From an uncultured Acidobacteriota bacterium (lineage in GTDB: Bacteria > Acidobacteriota > JAQAZP01): 64,000 nt of DNA. Where the stretch lies: assembly GCA_963836075.1 (NCBI GenBank), contig CAWIIB010000009.1:256001-320000 (forward strand), read 5' to 3'. Both the position numbers and the translations under genes were made by a program. Shown piece after piece: positions 20,963-31,377 of the stretch. Under the pieces are notes generated by a model. The model did not search any database. It was not told the origin of the DNA and was given only the letters and a program-made list of their open reading frames with translations. Each line of letters opens with the position of its first letter. Within the stretch, counting starts at the first letter, position 1.

Positions 20963-21568
20963 ATGAGCATGTTATCCGTCATCCTTTCCTCGAAGGCCAG
21001 GTCCAGCATTTTCCGTCTGTTATACGGATGCACCACGCCAGAGCTGCACAACCGTGAGATCTTTCGCCGGACCGGTCTCAGCGAGAGCGCCATTCGCCAG
21101 GAACTCGGCAAGCTGACCCAGTTGGGCCTGGTTTTGCGGCGAAACGACGGCAACCGGGTCTGCTACAGGGCCAACCGGAACCATCCGCTGTTCCCGGATC
21201 TGCGGCAGCTGGTCCTGAAAACCAATGGCCTGGTGGATGTGCTGAGGCCCCGGCTGTCCACCGCCGATACCCGGGTGGCCTTTGTCCACGGCCCGCTGGC
21301 CAGGTCGGAAGAAACCGAGAAGAGCGGTATCGACCTGCTGGTGATCGGCCGCATGGGTCTGACTGGCCTGACCCTGCACCTTGCGGGGATATCCGGTCAA
21401 CTGGACCGTGAGATCAGGCCCCAGGTGCTGACCGAAGCCGAATTCAGGATAAAGCAGGCTTCTGACCAGCAGTTCGTCCGCAGCATCCTTAACGGTCCGA
21501 AGATATTCGTTATCGGCGACCAGCGCGAGCTCGATGTGCTGGCGGAGAAGAGCGCCCAACCAGCCTGA
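20963..21568 (+). CDS. wHTH plus degenerate minimal nucleotidyltransferase (MNT antitoxin-like)
   Basis: AIRQELGKLTQLGLV...GNRVCY...HPLFPDLRQLVLKT. AFVHGPLARSEETEKSGIDLLVIG is a decayed GS...DxD motif. Confidence 0.75.
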   Translation: MSMLSVILSSKARSSIFRLLYGCTTPELHNREIFRRTGLSESAIRQELGKLTQLGLVLRRNDGNRVCYRANRNHPLFPDLRQLVLKTNGLVDVLRPRLSTADTRVAFVHGPLARSEETEKSGIDLLVIGRMGLTGLTLHLAGISGQLDREIRPQVLTEAEFRIKQASDQQFVRSILNGPKIFVIGDQRELDVLAEKSAQPA

Positions 21569-21666
21569 AGCCCCCCCTGTCATAAAACCTCTCCCCAGTC
21601 CGTCATGTGCTTATTACACGGAATCTTTGCCGGCAACGGCGCCGGCCAGCCCAAAGGAGAGGCATC

Positions 21667-22692
21667 ATGGCTACTATCAAAAAGACCCTCGACACGGTGG
21701 AGGTTGGCTCCCCCACCACATTCCGCAACCTGACCCTCTACCCGCTGATCCTCAAGGCCAAGGGGGAAAAGCCGGGCTACATGACCCTCGACCAGGGGCT
21801 TGCCGGCAAGTCGGTGAAGATCACCGAGGTCTCCGAGGGGGGCAGCGTGCCCGAGCTGCTGCTGCACAACAACGCCGACAAACCGCTGCTGGTGATCGAC
21901 GGCGAGGAGATGGTGGGCGCCAAGCAGAACCGGGTGATCAACCTCACCGTGATGGTGGATGCCAACACCAGGATCGTCATCCCGGTCTCCTGCGTGGAGG
22001 CCGGCCGCTGGCGCCACACCTCAACCGAGTTCGCCGCCTCGCCCCAGACGATGCACGCCTCGGGTCGAGCGGGAAAGATGGCCGGGGTCACGCGTATGAT
22101 GCATATGTCTGAATCCCGCGCCTCCGACCAGAGCGCGGTGTGGAACGACATCAGCGGTAAGCTGGACCGCATGGCGGCCTACTCCGAGAGCAGCGAGATG
22201 AAGGCGATCTACGACCGGCACCGGACCAGTATCGACGATTTTGTCCGCGCCTTCAGCCCGGTGGAGGGCCAGGCCGGCGCCATCTTCGCCATCGGCGGCA
22301 GGATCGCCGGCCTCGAGCTATTCGACCATCCGGATACGCTGGCCACACTGCTGCCTAAGCTGGTCCGCTCATACGCGCTGGACGCCCTCGACTCCCGCTA
22401 TGCCGGCGGTAACCAGGACGAGCGCAGCGAGGAGGAGAAGGACCTGCAGCTGGAAAGGGCCATGCTGTTCATCGCCTCGGTGGGTCTGGCCGAAGCCACC
22501 AGCCACCCGGCCATCGGCCTGGGCGAAGACATCCGGATCAGCAACAACGCCGTCACCGGCGCTGCGCTCACTGTTGACCAACGGCTGGTGCACCTCAGCG
22601 CCTTCCCCAACGAGGAGCAGGCCGCCACCGACGACCGCGGCCGCCACGGTGGGATGACCAGCGCTTCGATGCGGCGGGGATTCCGGCGGTAG
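21667..22692 (+). CDS. ARPP-1 / DUF6569 family protein
   Basis: ITEVSEGGSVPEL, IDGEEMVGAKQNRVIN, IPVSCVEAGRW, DQSAVW, LPKLVRSYALDA. Confidence 0.85.
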   Translation: MATIKKTLDTVEVGSPTTFRNLTLYPLILKAKGEKPGYMTLDQGLAGKSVKITEVSEGGSVPELLLHNNADKPLLVIDGEEMVGAKQNRVINLTVMVDANTRIVIPVSCVEAGRWRHTSTEFAASPQTMHASGRAGKMAGVTRMMHMSESRASDQSAVWNDISGKLDRMAAYSESSEMKAIYDRHRTSIDDFVRAFSPVEGQAGAIFAIGGRIAGLELFDHPDTLATLLPKLVRSYALDALDSRYAGGNQDERSEEEKDLQLERAMLFIASVGLAEATSHPAIGLGEDIRISNNAVTGAALTVDQRLVHLSAFPNEEQAATDDRGRHGGMTSASMRRGFRR

Positions 22693-22724
22693 AGGTTTAA
22701 TGAGTTAGTGGACGGAGATACGAT

Positions 22725-22756
22725 GGGGCGCCTCCGGGAGGGGGCGCCCCTTTTTT
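22725..22756 (+). terminator. Rho-independent terminator
   Basis: GGGGCGCCTCC-loop-GGGGGCGCCCC followed by TTTTTT. Confidence 0.8.
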
Positions 22757-22844
22757 ATGGATGGGCAGAGCTTTTCTTTCCACCAACCGGCATTGAATGC
22801 ATCCCCAGAACCGATCAATATTATTGTGGAAGGAGGTGAGTGAA

Positions 22845-23169
22845 ATGCCCTACACCGTCTATGTCATCGAGTTGGATCAAAAAGTGTTGACATGAACGCG
22901 GTTTCGGAACCGTAATCCTGGTTATCGTGAGGGCAAGCCCTGTGTGTATGTCGGGTCAACCGCCCATACGCCAGAGAATCGACTCAAACAACACTTGGAT
23001 GGTGTTCAATATCGCTACAATATTTATGCTCGCGATTTTGGTATTCGACTGCGACCAAGGCTTTACAAGAATTACCAGGGATACAGAACCCGGCTAGAGG
23101 CTGAAGAAGCTGAGAAAAGACGAGCTGATTTCTTTGCAGAAACGCGGCTATGCTGTGTGGCAGGGGTGA
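22845..23169 (+). CDS. Small GIY-YIG-like nuclease family protein, frameshifted
   Basis: MPYTVYVIELD...GKPCVYVGSTAHTPENRLKQH...EAEEAE...RGYAVWQG across two frameshifts. AGGAGG RBS. Confidence 0.65.
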
Positions 23170-23483
23170 TTACAGCGCCGGATACACCAACAAAAATGTC
23201 AGTAGTAGCACTCATTGCAATGAGAGCCTACCAAGATTTTCAGACAGCGCGTTGTATAGGAGTTGAAGGCTATCGGAGATTTATTGGCAGGCGGTGCTTT
23301 ATTAAAGCCATCCAAGGATCTGGATCGCTACCATCCTTCTGCAAAGATTTAATCGATTGGCTCTGACTACGTGGAATTGAAAAAACGACTTCCAACAGAT
23401 TGAGGGCAACTCAAGTATACAAGCACTAACGGATAACCCTGACTCCGACGCACCAAGGTAGAGCTCAGGAGATCCACCTCTCA

Positions 23484-24030
23484 TCAGACAGTGAAACGGT
23501 CATGGCTCAGACCAACCCCACCTTCATTCATACGGTAGATCAATGATGAAAATGTTCGGCCTCCCATCACTGTTGTTGCCACGTAAACGAGATGGGTGGT
23601 TCCAGACGGACTAATCTCCATCCGTGGTTCGGTATGATCCACATCTCCCTGGGGACTGGTAAGGATCGTGAAGGGATAAACCCAGAGCCCGCTCTCTTGA
23701 TCAATAGATAGTGGAACAGATCTCCATCCTGCCCGTGGCCACGTTCTCACGACTCCAGACGATTCCGATTTTTCCTGAATTGCAGTGTAGAAAGACATGT
23801 GGTGATGCATCAAGAGTCTTATCCATGGTGATAAACTCGCCGAAGGTTCCACTTCCTCTTCATAAAGATAGATTTCCTGTCCAACATGGGGGCAGGACTC
23901 ACCTCCGTACGAACACACCATACGCGACCACTCGAATCAGTCACACTGTTTGCGGCCAACACAACATCCGCAAAACAGAGAGTAAAAACGCAAAGAACTA
24001 CGAGTGTAAGTGTTCTTGTGTGTTTGCATT
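23484..24030 (-). CDS. Hypothetical, possibly secreted protein, fragmented
   Basis: A signal-like stretch (LTLVVLCVFTLCFADVVLA) lies in a different frame from the beta-rich ORF at 23484-23921. AT-rich. Confidence 0.35.
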
Positions 24031-24046
24031 TTACTCTTCTCCCAGA

Positions 24047-24933
24047 CTAGTACCGCGTGAGTTGATGATATCGATATCGAGTTCCCTCAAGAAACTCCGC
24101 GCTCAAACGCATATCAGCGTTTGAGGCTTTCTTGAAGAATACCTCGGCCACGTCCGGCTGTCCATTCAATTTATAGTGCCGCCCGATCTGATAACAGACA
24201 TCACGGACAATCGCTCGATAGTTATTCTCATATGCAATTTTCAAACATGCGGAAGCATATTCCTTTGCTGCCTCCAAATCATTTCTCTTAAAGCTTGCAT
24301 ACATCAAGGTTTGATAGTTTACGGCCTGATAGATAGAAATCTCCAATCGCTTCACTGATTGAAGGGTCCTTTTTGATCAAGATCAACGCCTTTCTCAATA
24401 TCTCACCGAATGCAATATATGCTTCACCAAAATTGTCATATGTTTCTGAAGGTGCCGTTTTATTCCATAAAGCTGACACAATTCAATTGCATTCACAAAA
24501 CTCTTCGATTGCTTTTTCTAATTGATCCTTGCTATAATATACTCGACCCTTAACCATAGCCAAATACCAAATATTTCGATACGGGGAAATTCTCGTCAAA
24601 TAATGCTTCAGCTTCTTGAATAGTCTCCATCGCCTTCTCGAAATCACGCTGGTTGTATTCAATGAGTGCTCGGTCGAGGTAGGCAAGGGCAACGTAGTAG
24701 TCACTTTCAAAATCATGACCGGCGATATACTCGATCAGATCCAGGGCAGCGGAATAGCTCTCCATCCGGCGATAGACGCACACCAGATCCAGTCCCACCT
24801 CAAGATGGAACTCGGTGAAGTCCTCCGATGAGTTGAACGCCTTGTAGAGCTTGATCTGGGCATCCTGAAACAGGCCCTTCTTGCCCAGCTCAACCCCTTC
24901 CTGGCGAAGGGTCTTCAGTTCTTCATATTTCAT
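24047..24933 (-). CDS. Tetratricopeptide-repeat protein, frameshifted, AT-rich
   Basis: Four consecutive ORF pieces with TPR-like helices (ALAYLDRALIEYNQRDFEKA, KGRVYYSKDQLEKAIEEF, CYQIGRHYKLNGQPDVAEVFFKKA). Confidence 0.65.
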
Positions 24934-25198
24934 TGATGGCTCAGTTGTTTCGGTCAGGCAATCGAATAGAGACACGTGTGGCAGTAACCGCAAGTCGCGA
25001 CAAAAATCCGCCTCACCGATTCCATATCTATGTTTTGATTCAGCCAGATGAAAAATTGAGAGACCTAGTAACTTTCAGCTACCCTATCCATAAAAAATAT
25101 ATACCGTCGTAGCTTTTGTCAAGTCACTGGTTGATAAAATGTTCGTGTTGCCTGGACGTGAGGAGTCACGGCGCGGGTGACCGGTCGGCTGCCTGCTC

Positions 25199-25414
25199 CT
25201 ATTCAACCCCCGCTAAATCGTAGAGCTTCTCCGCATACCGCTCGATGATATCCCGCAGGGCCAGCTTCTCCAGCCACTGGGCCGGGATGCCATTCTCGCC
25301 GTAGAAGGCTCCAGCCAACTGGCCATACACGGCGCCGGTGGTGTCGGCATCGTCACCGAGGTTGACGGCCATGAGGGCGCCGCGAAAGCGGGAAAGAGTG
25401 CGGTCACTCGACAT
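25199..25414 (-). pseudogene. C-terminal fragment of an ADP-ribosylglycohydrolase
   Basis: AVNLGDDADTTGAVYGQLAGAFYG...IPAQWL, with no N-terminal half. Confidence 0.8.
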
Positions 25415-25511
25415 AGTAAAACTATCCTCCCGGCAGTCCTGGAGAGCCCAGATTATCAGGCTACGACCACGATTGTTTTCGTCAGCACATCAACAACTAT
25501 ATCCAGCCTGA

Positions 25512-25853
25512 TTATAGCCGGCCCGTTCGAGCCATCAGCTTCGAAAACGTTATTATCCGCCCAATCGCCCTGTTGTCAGCACCAAGGGTGAGCAGGGAGC
25601 GGATGAGCAGATCGAGGGAAACCGTCGGATCACCGGCTTCCATCTTGGCCACCCGCGACTGGCTGGAGTTCATCAACCCGGCCAGCTCGACCTGGGTCAT
25701 TCTCATCATTTTTCTTCGGTCGCGAAGACTTGTGGCAAGGGCCAGCCGAAGTTCGGTGTAATCCCGTTCGTTCTTTGCCAGGCCGAGGGAGGCCCCAGCC
25801 TCACGATCACCCCGCGCCCCAGTATTTTTCCTCGCCCCCTGGTCCTTGCCCAT
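25512..25853 (-). CDS. XRE/HigA-like HTH antitoxin, orphan
   Basis: MTQVELAGLMNSSQSRVAKMEAGDPTVSLDLLIRSLLTLG. Confidence 0.8.
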   Translation of the reverse strand: MGKDQGARKNTGARGDREAGASLGLAKNERDYTELRLALATSLRDRRKMMRMTQVELAGLMNSSQSRVAKMEAGDPTVSLDLLIRSLLTLGADNRAIGRIITFSKLMARTGRL

Positions 25854-25885
25854 TCACCCTGCCTCCCAAACAGCAAATTTTATTT

Positions 25886-25903
25886 TATGTCATTTCTGAC
25901 ATA
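25886..25903. promoter_or_regulatory. Palindromic operator
   Basis: TATGTCA-TTTC-TGACATA upstream of the HTH gene. Confidence 0.6.
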
Positions 25904-25995
25904 TTTTCAATATTCCATTTCAAACAGGTGACCCTGGCACACGAATCGTGTCCCTGACAGGTCACATGACAAGCTGTTCAGGCAGGAATTACAGG

Positions 25996-26337
25996 CTATT
26001 TGACAGATTCCCAGTCATCCTCGTCAAACTCGATCCAATTGTCATCTGAAACCCAGTCGATGACCGAGCCCCCGCTGATCGGGTAATAGGGGCTGACCAG
26101 CATGTCCATGTTGCCTTCCCGAACGACACGATATTCCTTCACCAGGAATGTCTTGTCCTCGTGGATATCGGTCATTTCGTCATCGAGAGAGGGGACGGGG
26201 ACGAATGGATAGAGCAGCCGCAAGACATCTTCCTTGTACTCATCGGGGATGATGTACTCCTCTACTACCCCTCCCTTCACCTTCAGCGGGCGCGTGGGAA
26301 ACGGCAGTCCCTGTCTCATTCTCTGGTCGGTTCTCAT
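25996..26337 (-). CDS. Hypothetical protein
   Basis: GGAGGTG RBS, plausible acidic protein, operon-like spacing after the DUF1016 gene. Confidence 0.6.
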   Translation of the reverse strand: MRTDQRMRQGLPFPTRPLKVKGGVVEEYIIPDEYKEDVLRLLYPFVPVPSLDDEMTDIHEDKTFLVKEYRVVREGNMDMLVSPYYPISGGSVIDWVSDDNWIEFDEDDWESVK

Positions 26338-26382
26338 CGATCTCACCTCCTGTTTATTCCGCAGATTCCTATTGCCTGGGTC

Positions 26383-27630
26383 TCACCGCCGCTTGCCGCC
26401 AACCGGCCCGAGCGTCTGTTCGATCTCCTCGATGGTGGGCAGGGATGATTTCAGATCTTCGGGCAGGGCCCTGGTCAATTCGTACTCCGAGATGCCGATC
26501 GGTTTCTGGATCCCCCGCAGGGCATACTCGGCGATGAGCTTCTTCCTGTCCTTGCAGAGGATCAGCCCGATGGAAGGGCTGTCGGTGTCGTGCTTCAACT
26601 GGTCGTCCACAACGTTGAGGTAGAAGTTCATCTTCCCTTCATGATCCGGTTTAAACGGGCCGGCCTTGAGCTCGATAACCACGAAGCAGCGCAGCCTCAA
26701 GTGGTAGAAGAGCAGGTCGATATGGAACTCGTCCTCTCCTACGGTGAGCGGAACCTGCCTCCCGACAAAGGAAAAGCCCTTTCCCAGCTCCAGGAGAAAT
26801 CTCTGGAGGTGCCGGATCAGGCCGGCCTCCAGCTCCTTCTCACGAAAGGTGGTGTCTAGGGTCAGAAAGTCAAAGATGTATGGATCTTTCAGTGTCTGGA
26901 GCGCCAGGTCGGACTGGGTTGGGGGCAGGCTCGCCTCGAAGTTGGTGACCGCCTTCCCCTGGCGGAGGTGGGCCGAGTTCTTGATCATCTGCTTTAAGAC
27001 GCTATAGCTCCAGCCTTGGTCAATGATATGCGTCATGTACCAATGCCGGGCGCAAAGGTCTTTAACTGATTGAATCAATAAGATGTTATGGGACCATGAT
27101 AATTTCGCCAACAGTGTTGGCGAAATTGCTGGACGATCTTGGAGATTTTCAGTGGGGGAGGCTGAATTCAACTCACCTTCATCCCCAACGGATCCCTCCT
27201 CCAATTTCGCAAACGGTGTTTGCGGAATTGAGACATTAGAGACAAGTCGTTTTTTATCAATAGCTTGTAATTTCGCCACCAGCGGTGGCGAAATTGGTTC
27301 TCCTCGAGACCCTCCTTGATTTTTCGATTCCTGAAGCTGTCCAACGAATAGAGAGGGATACTCGAGATAAAACTGGAGCATCCTGTCAATATTGCGCTCA
27401 GAAAACCCCTTCAGTCCCGGCAGCTCATTCTTGAGATCCTTCGAAAGCCGGGGGATAACAGAAGTCCCCCACCCCTCCCTCGCCTGCCGCTCGGTAATCA
27501 GCCGGCCGATATCCCAATAAAGGGCCAGCATCTCCCTGTTTGCCGAGAGCGCCGCCCTGGCTTGTGCGCGGCCAATACGGGATTTGATCTCGCTGAGAAG
27601 CGAGGCGTATTGAGTAAGATCGTTGGTCAT
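26383..27630 (-). CDS. DUF1016 / YhcG-like PD-(D/E)XK nuclease
   Basis: LYWDIGRLI, GFSERN, LSWSHN, KDPYIFDFL, LLELGKGFSFVGRQ, IDLLFYHLRLRCFVVIELK. Confidence 0.93.
   Translation of the reverse strand: MTNDLTQYASLLSEIKSRIGRAQARAALSANREMLALYWDIGRLITERQAREGWGTSVIPRLSKDLKNELPGLKGFSERNIDRMLQFYLEYPSLFVGQLQESKNQGGSRGEPISPPLVAKLQAIDKKRLVSNVSIPQTPFAKLEEGSVGDEGELNSASPTENLQDRPAISPTLLAKLSWSHNILLIQSVKDLCARHWYMTHIIDQGWSYSVLKQMIKNSAHLRQGKAVTNFEASLPPTQSDLALQTLKDPYIFDFLTLDTTFREKELEAGLIRHLQRFLLELGKGFSFVGRQVPLTVGEDEFHIDLLFYHLRLRCFVVIELKAGPFKPDHEGKMNFYLNVVDDQLKHDTDSPSIGLILCKDRKKLIAEYALRGIQKPIGISEYELTRALPEDLKSSLPTIEEIEQTLGPVGGKRR
27101..27295. repeat. Three 27-bp coding palindromes AATTTCGC-N11-GCG(A/G)AATT
   Basis: Copies at 27101-27127, 27203-27229 and 27269-27295, inside the DUF1016 linker. 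Confidence 0.8.
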
Positions 27631-27993
27631 TCATCACCCTCCTGGATCGCCGCTGACTACCGTGATTTCCGCCATGGAAACCCCGGTTGCCACAGCCCTG
27701 TTCGAACTGTTGCGTAAAATCAGCCGGTTATCGCAGGTTGCAGATATGACTTTGCAATTGGAATGCCGGATGGACCAGATGAAACTAAAGGTGGGTGGGA
27801 GGTGGAAATGCCAGCCGATATTGCCGCAGACAGTGCATGTAAATCGAAACCCCGATCTGGACTACCGACCAGCGAACCGGGGGCCGGGATGGGCTGGTTC
27901 CAGCAGGTGGTGAAGCTGCCACCGCCGGCGACAGTGGTGCAGCCGGAGCGCCGTTCGGGCAAGGAGGAGGCGGTCACCCGCGGAGAGTGGCCG

Positions 27994-29802
27994 CTATTTC
28001 CGGTTCAAGTCGATCTCCTCGCGGAGCCGGTTGATCCGCGAGACCTGGTGCTGGTCCCCGGCCGCCATGGCCGGGGGCAGTGCCCGTTCCAGGATACGCC
28101 AGGCCTGGGCCGGCGATCCGCCGTAGTAGATGGTGCGCGCGGCCCGGAAGTAGCGGTCCGACGCGGCGATCCCGTTTCCCGCCTCCTCATGGGCCGCACC
28201 CGCCAGCTGGAGCAGCTCGGCCATGGCCAGATAGGACCCCGCTTCTCTCATCTGATCGGCAGCCTGGTCGAACTGCTCGGCGGCCAGGGCCGGCTTCCCC
28301 TCCGCCAGGAAGATACGGCCGTGGATCGCAGGGACCCTGGCTTGCAGAAAACGGGACTCGATCTTCCCGCTCGAAGCGAGACGCGAGTCGAGCCCGCCCC
28401 GGGCCTCGGCGCCGCGACCCAGGTCGCACTGCAGGTCGGCACGGAGCAGGGTGCCATAGAGACGCAGGTCCTTCTCGGACGAATCGACCTGCGGCAACCA
28501 GGTCTGCACCAGGTCCAGCGCCTCTTCCACTGCGCCGCTTTGCCGAATCAACTCGGCTTCCAGAAACCGGGTGCGGACAGCGCTCTCCCCGGCTGCGCTG
28601 AATTCGGTCCGTGCTTCCTGCAGCAGCGCGTTGATCTCTTCCCCATCCCCCGCGGGAAGGAGGAGGACGGCCATGTTGACGGCGGCATGCGCAATCTCCA
28701 GGTTGCTGTTCATCGACCGGGCCTGGTCCAGAGCCAGGGTGAACCGCTCGAGGTGGCGTGAAGCTTCCCGCCCGCGGAACTGTCCCGGATAGAACCAGCG
28801 ATCCTCCTGCACCTTCGGGATGTGCTTGCGGAGCAGCCAGTGCTGCTGGGCCCCCAGAACCAGCTGGTCGATATCCTCGAAAGTCACCTGCGCCTGATAT
28901 GTAAGGGCACCGAAGTCATCGACGAGGGTCGTCACACTGTCGGCCAGTTCCCTGTCGTAGAGCATGGAACCGGCCAGGCCCTCTTCCTGCTCCAGCCCGA
29001 CGGTCACCTCGCCCACAAGCCGGTTCATCCTGTCCAATACGTCCTGCACATCCTGCAGCAGGGCTTCGTCGTTGAGCGCTGATCCAAGCAGTCCCTTTTT
29101 CTGCTCCAGGCTCTCGGCGATCTGGGTGACCAACCGATTGCTTTCATCCAGCGTCTGCCGTGACTGCAGCAGCGCGCCGTCCATGTTCCGCACGATCTGC
29201 TTGACGTCGGAGGCCAGTTCTTCGTCACTGACCATGGATCCGATCATGCCCTCCGACGCATCGATGGAGCCGGCGATCCGGTTCGAGCGCTCGATGAGCT
29301 GCCGGAAGTCCTCGAGGAGCGGCAGCAGCGCTTCCTTGAAGTCGGCGATGAACTGCTGGGCGGTCTCCATGATCTCCTCGTCCTTCTGGCATGTGATCCA
29401 GTCCCCATCACCGACCGGCTCGCCCCGCCCCACCCCGATTTCCACAAAGGCGTCCCCGGTCACACCGAACTTTCTCTTGACGATGGCGATGGATTCGGTG
29501 CTGACGAAAGGCTTGAAACGATTAAGGATGATGAAGGTGGTCTCCAGGTCGCCCGAGTCGTTGGGAACGATCTTGCCCACCCTGCCGGCCACCGTATCCC
29601 GAATGCGGATCTCGTCACCCTCATTCAAACCGAACGAACCATCCTCGGTGTCGAACAGCGTGCGGAGAACAAACCGGCCCTCAAACCAGCCCTGCGCATG
29701 GCCGGCGATGAAAATGCCCACAATCAACAGCAGGATTGCCAGGAGGACGAACCCTCCGGCAAGTTCGCTGGCATACCTCAGCTTGAACGGCATTCCCATC
29801 AT
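27994..29802 (-). CDS. MlaD/MCE protein with helical repeats fused to a TPR-like C-terminus
   Basis: N-terminal TM, GLNEGDEIRIRDTVAGRV MCE motif, three G(M/L)xGSxxxD.EL-type repeats, HWLLR, then TPR-like helices. Confidence 0.8.
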   Translation of the reverse strand: MMGMPFKLRYASELAGGFVLLAILLLIVGIFIAGHAQGWFEGRFVLRTLFDTEDGSFGLNEGDEIRIRDTVAGRVGKIVPNDSGDLETTFIILNRFKPFVSTESIAIVKRKFGVTGDAFVEIGVGRGEPVGDGDWITCQKDEEIMETAQQFIADFKEALLPLLEDFRQLIERSNRIAGSIDASEGMIGSMVSDEELASDVKQIVRNMDGALLQSRQTLDESNRLVTQIAESLEQKKGLLGSALNDEALLQDVQDVLDRMNRLVGEVTVGLEQEEGLAGSMLYDRELADSVTTLVDDFGALTYQAQVTFEDIDQLVLGAQQHWLLRKHIPKVQEDRWFYPGQFRGREASRHLERFTLALDQARSMNSNLEIAHAAVNMAVLLLPAGDGEEINALLQEARTEFSAAGESAVRTRFLEAELIRQSGAVEEALDLVQTWLPQVDSSEKDLRLYGTLLRADLQCDLGRGAEARGGLDSRLASSGKIESRFLQARVPAIHGRIFLAEGKPALAAEQFDQAADQMREAGSYLAMAELLQLAGAAHEEAGNGIAASDRYFRAARTIYYGGSPAQAWRILERALPPAMAAGDQHQVSRINRLREEIDLNRK

Positions 29803-30503
29803 TCAACCTCCGTTATGGGCGCCAGCGTTCCATCGCTCATAATGAACCGCCTGGCGCTTTTCAGCCCGCTGCTCCGCCAGAGGTCGGCCGCGGACGTGAA
29901 CCAGATCGCGGCACTGCCCCGGTCCAGTGCGGATCGAACCCAATCCAGCAGCAGGGTGTGCAGTTCCGTGGGGACACCCCGGACCGGCTGCTGCAGGAGA
30001 ATCAGTTTCGGATCATCGAGCAGCGCGCGAACCCACTGGGCCAGTTGAAGCTCACGCCGGTGAGCCTGGTCCGGCCGCAGAGAGAGACTGTCGAGGATTC
30101 CCGCAGCCGAAGCCAGACGGTGCACCCGTTCCTGGAGCTCCGCCCCGGAGAGGGTCCCGTGGTGCCGTGGCGACAAGGCAATGTTCTCGTAGACACTCAA
30201 GTTGCTCACCCACGCCTGTTCATCGAATACCCGGCCGATACGCCCGCGCACCCTGGACTGCTCCCGTCCGGACATGTCCTCCCAGCACCTTCCCTCGAAA
30301 CGAACCGTCCCGCTGTCCGGACGAATCAGTCCTGCGGCCAGTTCGCACAGCGGGAGGCGGGCACCTCTTCCTTCCGGCCGGATCAGCAGCTGCTCCCCGG
30401 GGCCGACCGCGAAGGACAGGCGGGTGACGGCCGAGAAACGGTGGGACCGCTCCGACCAGCTCACCTCATCGAATTCGACAATCTGCTCCATCGCCTCATC
30501 CAT
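29799..30503 (-). CDS. MlaF-like ABC ATPase homologue with degenerate motifs
   Basis: GLIRPDSGTVRFEG, LSVYENIAL and RALLDDPKLILLQQP are present, but there is no GxxGxGKS/T or LSGG motif. Confidence 0.75.
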   Translation of the reverse strand: MDEAMEQIVEFDEVSWSERSHRFSAVTRLSFAVGPGEQLLIRPEGRGARLPLCELAAGLIRPDSGTVRFEGRCWEDMSGREQSRVRGRIGRVFDEQAWVSNLSVYENIALSPRHHGTLSGAELQERVHRLASAAGILDSLSLRPDQAHRRELQLAQWVRALLDDPKLILLQQPVRGVPTELHTLLLDWVRSALDRGSAAIWFTSAADLWRSSGLKSARRFIMSDGTLAPITEVE

Positions 30504-31284
30504 AGGTCAACAGTGAAACCAGGGCCGAGACCACCACCACGGCCCCGATGGACCGGACCACACCCCGGGTGGCCGCCTTGGGGACCTCGGTGGCGGCATC
30601 GCCAACACCCAGGCCCTCGATGGTGCAGATGGCCCCGGTCAAAAGGCCGGGCACCAGTGTCTTGACCAGGAAGTGGATCATGTCTGTCGGGGCAAGTGCA
30701 CCGAGAACCCGGCTGAGGAACAGGGCCGGGCCACCCTGGGCCGCGGCCAGGAGCAGGCCGGCCAGGTACCCGCTGCCGAGAGAAACGACGGTGAAGATCA
30801 CCGCCAGGCCGAACACCGATACGGCGATGCCGAGCACGCGGGGCATGACGAGATAGACCATCGGGTCGATCCCCTGGGCATCGAGCACTTCGATTTCGCG
30901 CCGCACCCGCATCGACGCCATTTCGGCGGCCACCGCCGACCCGCTGCGCCCGATGACCACCAGGTTGACCAGCAGGGGGCCGATCTCCCGAATGATCACG
31001 ACGACCAGCAGGGGGCTGAACATGTCGGTCTGACCAAACCTGCTGAGCCAGAGCTGGGCCTGGGCCACCACCGATACGCCGGCGGCCACGGCGATGAGCA
31101 GGATCAGGCCCAGCGCTTCGACCCCGGTGAAAAGGATCTGCCGTGAAAACTGCTGGCGCACCGTTCGCGGCCAGCTGCCGGGGCTCAGCGCCAGTATGAG
31201 CGCCCCGCAGATGATGCTGCTCACACGACTCCCGGCGCCCCAGATGCGGAGCGTACGATCGCCGATTCTCTTCAGCACGTTCAT
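30496..31284 (-). CDS. MlaE family ABC permease
   Basis: IREIGPLLVNLVVIGRSGSAVAAEMASM...EIEVLDAQGIDPMVYLVMPR, EVPKAATRGVV. Confidence 0.92.
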   Translation of the reverse strand: MNVLKRIGDRTLRIWGAGSRVSSIICGALILALSPGSWPRTVRQQFSRQILFTGVEALGLILLIAVAAGVSVVAQAQLWLSRFGQTDMFSPLLVVVIIREIGPLLVNLVVIGRSGSAVAAEMASMRVRREIEVLDAQGIDPMVYLVMPRVLGIAVSVFGLAVIFTVVSLGSGYLAGLLLAAAQGGPALFLSRVLGALAPTDMIHFLVKTLVPGLLTGAICTIEGLGVGDAATEVPKAATRGVVRSIGAVVVVSALVSLLTYG

Positions 31285-31377
31285 CAGGGCCTGTCCTCGT
31301 CGGCACACTGTTTCGGGCCGGCACCCGCGGTAAAGACCATCATGTAACCATTCGCTTAGCCAGTGGCCGCACTCACA

